The notes under the pieces: model-generated
What the model was told of the DNA's origin: nothing
Seen by the model: the letters and a program-made list of their open reading frames with translations, nothing else
Databases searched by the model: none
Made by a program: the position numbers and the translations under genes
Source of the DNA: a virus
Taxonomy: Duplodnaviria > Caudoviricetes
IMG/VR virus record: IMGVR_UViG_3300042526_000394
Coordinates: 1 to 39,500 of that record
Direction: 5' to 3' (one strand)
DNA: 39,500 bases
Shown here: positions 36,380 to 39,500 of the stretch, in pieces
How the letters are laid out: each line of letters opens with the position of its first letter
Numbering within the stretch: the stretch's first letter is position 1

Positions 36380-37099
36380 ATGGGAAGAGTACTTATAGCT
36401 GGTGAATGTAGTAATGGTGTTGCATCGCACCTGCGTGCGCTGGGACACCATGTCACCACTGCTGATTTTAAACCTAACGAGGTTGATCAGACAAATCATT
36501 ACCAGGGCAACTATTGGGATCTACTAGATGGTAAGCACCATTGGGATTTACTTCTAGGTCACCCTACCTGCACAAACATGGCTAACAGTTCAGTTAGCAG
36601 GCTAACTCAGCAAAGACCAGACGGTACTCTAGCCTACCCTACTAGAATGCAAGACATGCAAAGAGATGCTGAAGATTTCAAACGCCTATTGAACACACCA
36701 CACGCATCCAGGGTGATGTTAGAAAACCCAGTAATGCACGGACACGCTGCGAAGATAATAGGTGAGAAACCAACCTTCTCTATACAGCCATATCATCACG
36801 GTGTGCAAGAGTCTAAGAGGACTATGTTTCACACTCGCAATGTGCCACCATTAAAGCCTACACAAGTTGTGCCTAAGCCTGCCAATGGTCTTTGGAACAA
36901 TCAGATCCGTGGTAAAAATGGAAAAGTGTACCCCAAGGAAGCACCATCCGCGCAAAGAGGTACAGACAGATCACGCACAAGGCCTCAGGTGGCTAAGGCT
37001 ATTGCAGAACATATACACTCTCTAATTCCACCCTCAGAAAACAAGGTTAAAATGAGCAGGCGTAAAGATGGATCTTGGTATTTTAACAATGCAGTCTAG
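36380..37099 (+). CDS. Divergent short C5 DNA methyltransferase-like protein
   Basis: RVLIAGECS...GH.....D..P...HYQG...WDLLLGHPTCT...LENPV...IQPY.HG..ESKRT...RSRT...AKAIAE aligns by eye with the small phage family VLVACE.SG/HPPCT/IENP. Confidence 0.72.
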   Translation: MGRVLIAGECSNGVASHLRALGHHVTTADFKPNEVDQTNHYQGNYWDLLDGKHHWDLLLGHPTCTNMANSSVSRLTQQRPDGTLAYPTRMQDMQRDAEDFKRLLNTPHASRVMLENPVMHGHAAKIIGEKPTFSIQPYHHGVQESKRTMFHTRNVPPLKPTQVVPKPANGLWNNQIRGKNGKVYPKEAPSAQRGTDRSRTRPQVAKAIAEHIHSLIPPSENKVKMSRRKDGSWYFNNAV

Positions 37100-37319
37100 G
37101 CGTGTGTATGACTGGCATGGTACAATAGACCCGTACCTGCCTACGGTATATCCACCCGGTTCACCTGAGAAAATCAGGGTAATGCAAATTCGTGCAGAAC
37201 TGGAACTACCGCTACATCACACTGAGGACAACAAGCATGTTGAATTGCAAGTATGTGACTCTAGATCAGAGCGGTGCAGAATGGTTGAAATGGAGACAGG
37301 GAGGGGTAGGTGGTTCTGA
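37089..37319 (+). CDS. Small conserved hypothetical protein (planctomycete-type motif)
   Basis: PTVYPPGSPEKIRVMQIRAELELPLHHTED resembles the PT..PGS.EK..V...R.....PL.H..D motif I recall from Planctomycetota proteins; start uncertain (37068 or 37089). Confidence 0.65.
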   Translation: MQSRRVYDWHGTIDPYLPTVYPPGSPEKIRVMQIRAELELPLHHTEDNKHVELQVCDSRSERCRMVEMETGRGRWF

Positions 37320-37839
37320 TGCGGCTGTACTAATGGGTTCTAACCCTTGGTGCAAACCAGACGAACTAAGGGATAGAAAACTAGGCACAGTATCCGAACA
37401 GTACGAAAACGAGCGAATGGCTAGAGGCAAGCGCCTAGAGCCTATTGTGCGCGAAATGTACGAAGACCTGACAGGACTAAAGGTGGAACCAGCTTGCGTA
37501 GAGCACGAATCCTACCCTTGGTTTATGGCAAGCTTAGACGGTATTACCAAGGATGGTCGATTGATTGTAGAGATTAAATGTCCTAACGACAGGGCACACT
37601 CAGAAGCTCTGAGAGGATGGATTCCGAAGTATTACTACCCCCAAGTACAACATCAACTAGGTGTAACTGGGGCAAAAGTAGCACACTATGTGTCCTACTC
37701 AGATGCTGAAAAGTTTAAACCACATGAAAGGCTAGCCTTGGTAGAGATGCGTCCGAACGAGGGATATATTAAAGAACTCTTCTTAAAGGAGCTATCATTT
37801 GTCCAATCACTCGAACATCAGAAGGCTCGACCTACATGA
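37237..37839 (+). CDS. YqaJ-like (lambda exonuclease family) nuclease
   Basis: EWLKWRQGGVGGSD, GKRLEP, ASLDG, VEIKCP, YYPQVQHQL; start ATG 37237 after GAGGA. Confidence 0.92.
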   Translation: MLNCKYVTLDQSGAEWLKWRQGGVGGSDAAVLMGSNPWCKPDELRDRKLGTVSEQYENERMARGKRLEPIVREMYEDLTGLKVEPACVEHESYPWFMASLDGITKDGRLIVEIKCPNDRAHSEALRGWIPKYYYPQVQHQLGVTGAKVAHYVSYSDAEKFKPHERLALVEMRPNEGYIKELFLKELSFVQSLEHQKARPT

Positions 37840-38233
37840 TCTAGACCAACATTACTTAGATCTTCTAAATGAATTCGCACCTGTGTTTACGACTTTAGAG
37901 GAAATGAAAAGGTGCTACTTGGACAGGGCCTTCACTGGCACCTGTCCTACTTTTTTATATTTCAGTGACTGTGGAAAACCATTAGGGAGTATTACAGTGC
38001 ACTTAGTAGATAAAATGATTTATAGACTTCCCTATGCGTTTGTAGATGACTTTATTGTTGCGGAAGCTTGGAGAAGTAAAGGCATAGGCAGGCAATTAAT
38101 GCGACATGCAATTAACTACTGTCACAACAAGGGTTGTTTTAAAATAATATTAGATTGTGCACCATCTTTAGAAAAGTATTATTCAACATTTGGCTTTTAT
38201 GTAAACGGTACAACTATGCGTCTTGATATGTAA
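37799..38233 (+). CDS. GNAT acetyltransferase (glucosamine-6-phosphate N-acetyltransferase-like)
   Basis: VDDFIVAEAWRSKGIGRQL acetyl-CoA motif, GCFKIILDC...YYSTFGF; TTG start with an AAGGAG RBS. Confidence 0.88.
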   Translation: MSNHSNIRRLDLHDLDQHYLDLLNEFAPVFTTLEEMKRCYLDRAFTGTCPTFLYFSDCGKPLGSITVHLVDKMIYRLPYAFVDDFIVAEAWRSKGIGRQLMRHAINYCHNKGCFKIILDCAPSLEKYYSTFGFYVNGTTMRLDM

Positions 38234-38263
38234 TTTGATCACGAAATTAGTTTCGTGATCAAA
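38234..38263. repeat. Perfect 13-bp inverted repeat
   Basis: TTTGATCACGAAA-ttag-TTTCGTGATCAAA immediately after the GNAT stop codon. Confidence 0.9.
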
Positions 38264-38264
38264 C

Positions 38265-38341
38265 AGCAAAAGCCTATTTTTATAGGTATTTGCTATACGG
38301 TGTTTTTGACCTTGACTCGTAAAGTCTGGTTATTGTATAGC
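38265..38341 (+). promoter_or_regulatory. Integrase promoter region with an upstream palindromic site
   Basis: AAAGCCTAT-TTTT-ATAGGTATTT palindrome (38265-38294), TTGACT (38312-38317), 18-nt spacer, TATAGC (38336-38341), 6 nt before ATG 38348. Confidence 0.55.
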
Positions 38342-38347
38342 CAACTT

Positions 38348-39340
38348 ATGGCTACAGTATTTTGGGATAAATTACATAAACTTTGGGCTTTTCAAACTAG
38401 CCACAAAGGTAAAAAACGACGCTCGTACCACAGCACACGAGAGGAGGCTGAGGCTTTAATGCCTCAGACCTCCGTGTCAGAAAAAGTACATAGTTTTTCT
38501 GACATCATGAATAAATTTTTACAGTCTAGAAATGTAAGATACACATCCCTTGCGCGATACAAACAAGAAATTGCATCTTTAAAAGAATGCATTATTTCAG
38601 ATCAATTAACCACAGACACAGTATCACTCACTGCGTCTATAATTAACAAAAAGTATTCAACAGCTAAGGCGTATAGGCTTATTAAACGACTACTTACCTT
38701 GTGTAAGGTAGCTGGTGTTGTGCCACCTTACGACATTACACCAAAACACATTCATCAACCTGGACGCGCTTTAACGCAACAGGAGGTAGCAAAGTTAATA
38801 AAGTTGTCAAGTCCTACGCACTATCATTCCCTACTACTTTTCTTGCTTGATACAGGTTGCAGGCTAGGTGAAGCACTTGGGCTAAATTGGGGCGATTTTC
38901 AGAACGGAAAGATAGTAATTAACAAGGCCTATAATCAAAACAATAAGGCCTCTAAAACAACGCAGGTTAAGACTTCTAAAGGAAATCGGAAAGTAACTCT
39001 ATCTGACAACTTAAATCAAATTTTGACGCAATTAAGGCCTAAGGATAGCAAGCTACCTATCTTTACCTCACCAGAGGGTTTTAGAGTATCCAGGTGGAAC
39101 CTGCGTAGATGGTGGGCGCCATTAGTTAAAAAGTTTGGTACCCCACTGCGGATACATGATTTAAGGCATACAAACGCAACATTTTTACTCGGTGTATGCG
39201 ATGTACGCATGGTAGCTGCTAGGCTAGGTCACACAAGCCCAACTACAACCTTAAAAATCTACGATCACTATGTTTTAGATGACTCTGTAACAGCTTTCTA
39301 TACCCCAGCGGGTATAGTTTCATCTAAGAAAAAAGCCTAA
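38348..39340 (+). CDS. int: Tyrosine integrase
   Basis: TGCRLGE (R), VKT (K), HDLRH (HxxR), LGH, IY (catalytic Tyr); short N-terminal arm-binding-like domain; start moved from GTG 38255 to ATG 38348. Confidence 0.95.
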   Translation: MATVFWDKLHKLWAFQTSHKGKKRRSYHSTREEAEALMPQTSVSEKVHSFSDIMNKFLQSRNVRYTSLARYKQEIASLKECIISDQLTTDTVSLTASIINKKYSTAKAYRLIKRLLTLCKVAGVVPPYDITPKHIHQPGRALTQQEVAKLIKLSSPTHYHSLLLFLLDTGCRLGEALGLNWGDFQNGKIVINKAYNQNNKASKTTQVKTSKGNRKVTLSDNLNQILTQLRPKDSKLPIFTSPEGFRVSRWNLRRWWAPLVKKFGTPLRIHDLRHTNATFLLGVCDVRMVAARLGHTSPTTTLKIYDHYVLDDSVTAFYTPAGIVSSKKKA

Positions 39341-39348
39341 AACCCTAG

Positions 39349-39421
39349 TGCGCCCGGCTGGAATCGAACCAGCGACCCTCGATTTAGGAAACCGATGCTC
39401 TATCCCCTGAGCTACGGGCGC
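39349..39421 (-). tRNA. tRNA-Arg (anticodon CCT); CCA end not encoded
   Basis: GCGCCCG acceptor stem, TAGCTCAG-GGGA-TAGAGC D arm, TCGGT-TTCCTAA-ATCGA anticodon arm, GCTGG-TTCGATT-CCAGC T arm. Confidence 0.96.
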
Positions 39422-39500
39422 ATTTACTTCAATATTATTCTATGAACGAGGCTTTAGTAAGTCTCTCCCCCTTTACTAACCAAAGAAAAATCTTGCTGAA

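Larger units (their letters stand above)
1..39348. mobile_element. Temperate tailed phage / prophage (partial; left boundary outside the window)
   Basis: Co-oriented terminase, portal, protease, capsid, tail and fibre genes, ending in a tyrosine integrase adjacent to a tRNA 3' end. Confidence 0.93.

Noticed and set aside
38255-38347. N-terminal extension of the integrase from GTG 38255
   Set aside because: That start sits inside a perfect palindrome and the extension covers promoter-like boxes; ATG 38348 is more plausible
567-39340. Stop-codon reassignment or interrupted genes
   Set aside because: Standard-code ORFs tile the + strand densely with TAATG/ATGA coupling; no introns, inteins or frameshifts were evident

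Overview
The window holds the morphogenesis half of a temperate, tailed dsDNA phage (roughly 40% GC by eye), ending at a tyrosine integrase whose stop codon lies 8 bp from the 3' end of an intact tRNA-Arg(CCT), so it is probably a prophage junction. Gene order: TerL; a 1 kb structured non-coding region; an inverted C5 DNA methyltransferase with a nested alternative-frame gene; ASCH protein; DUF935-type portal; three large or low-complexity head-associated proteins, including a 1604-aa multidomain protein; Mu-I-like protease/scaffold; decoration protein; major capsid; Mu gp36-like adaptor; two paralogous tail-tube-like genes; tail/baseplate and fibre genes; a membrane-protein/cysteine-peptidase cassette in the lysis position; a second, divergent MTase-like gene; YqaJ nuclease; GNAT; integrase. 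One small protein carries a motif I associate with Planctomycetota, so a planctomycete host is inferred. The most interesting signals are: (1) short peptide tags ([KQR][FYLM]x[RK] and [RK]R[KS]DGS) shared by unrelated proteins, suggesting a capsid-cargo and protease-processing system; (2) the layered repeat, palindrome and mini-hairpin region at 2141-2930, whose palindrome recurs at the integrase promoter; (3) a lysis cassette without a recognisable muralytic enzyme; (4) a tail module without a canonical tape measure. All family assignments come from motif recognition by eye, not database searches.
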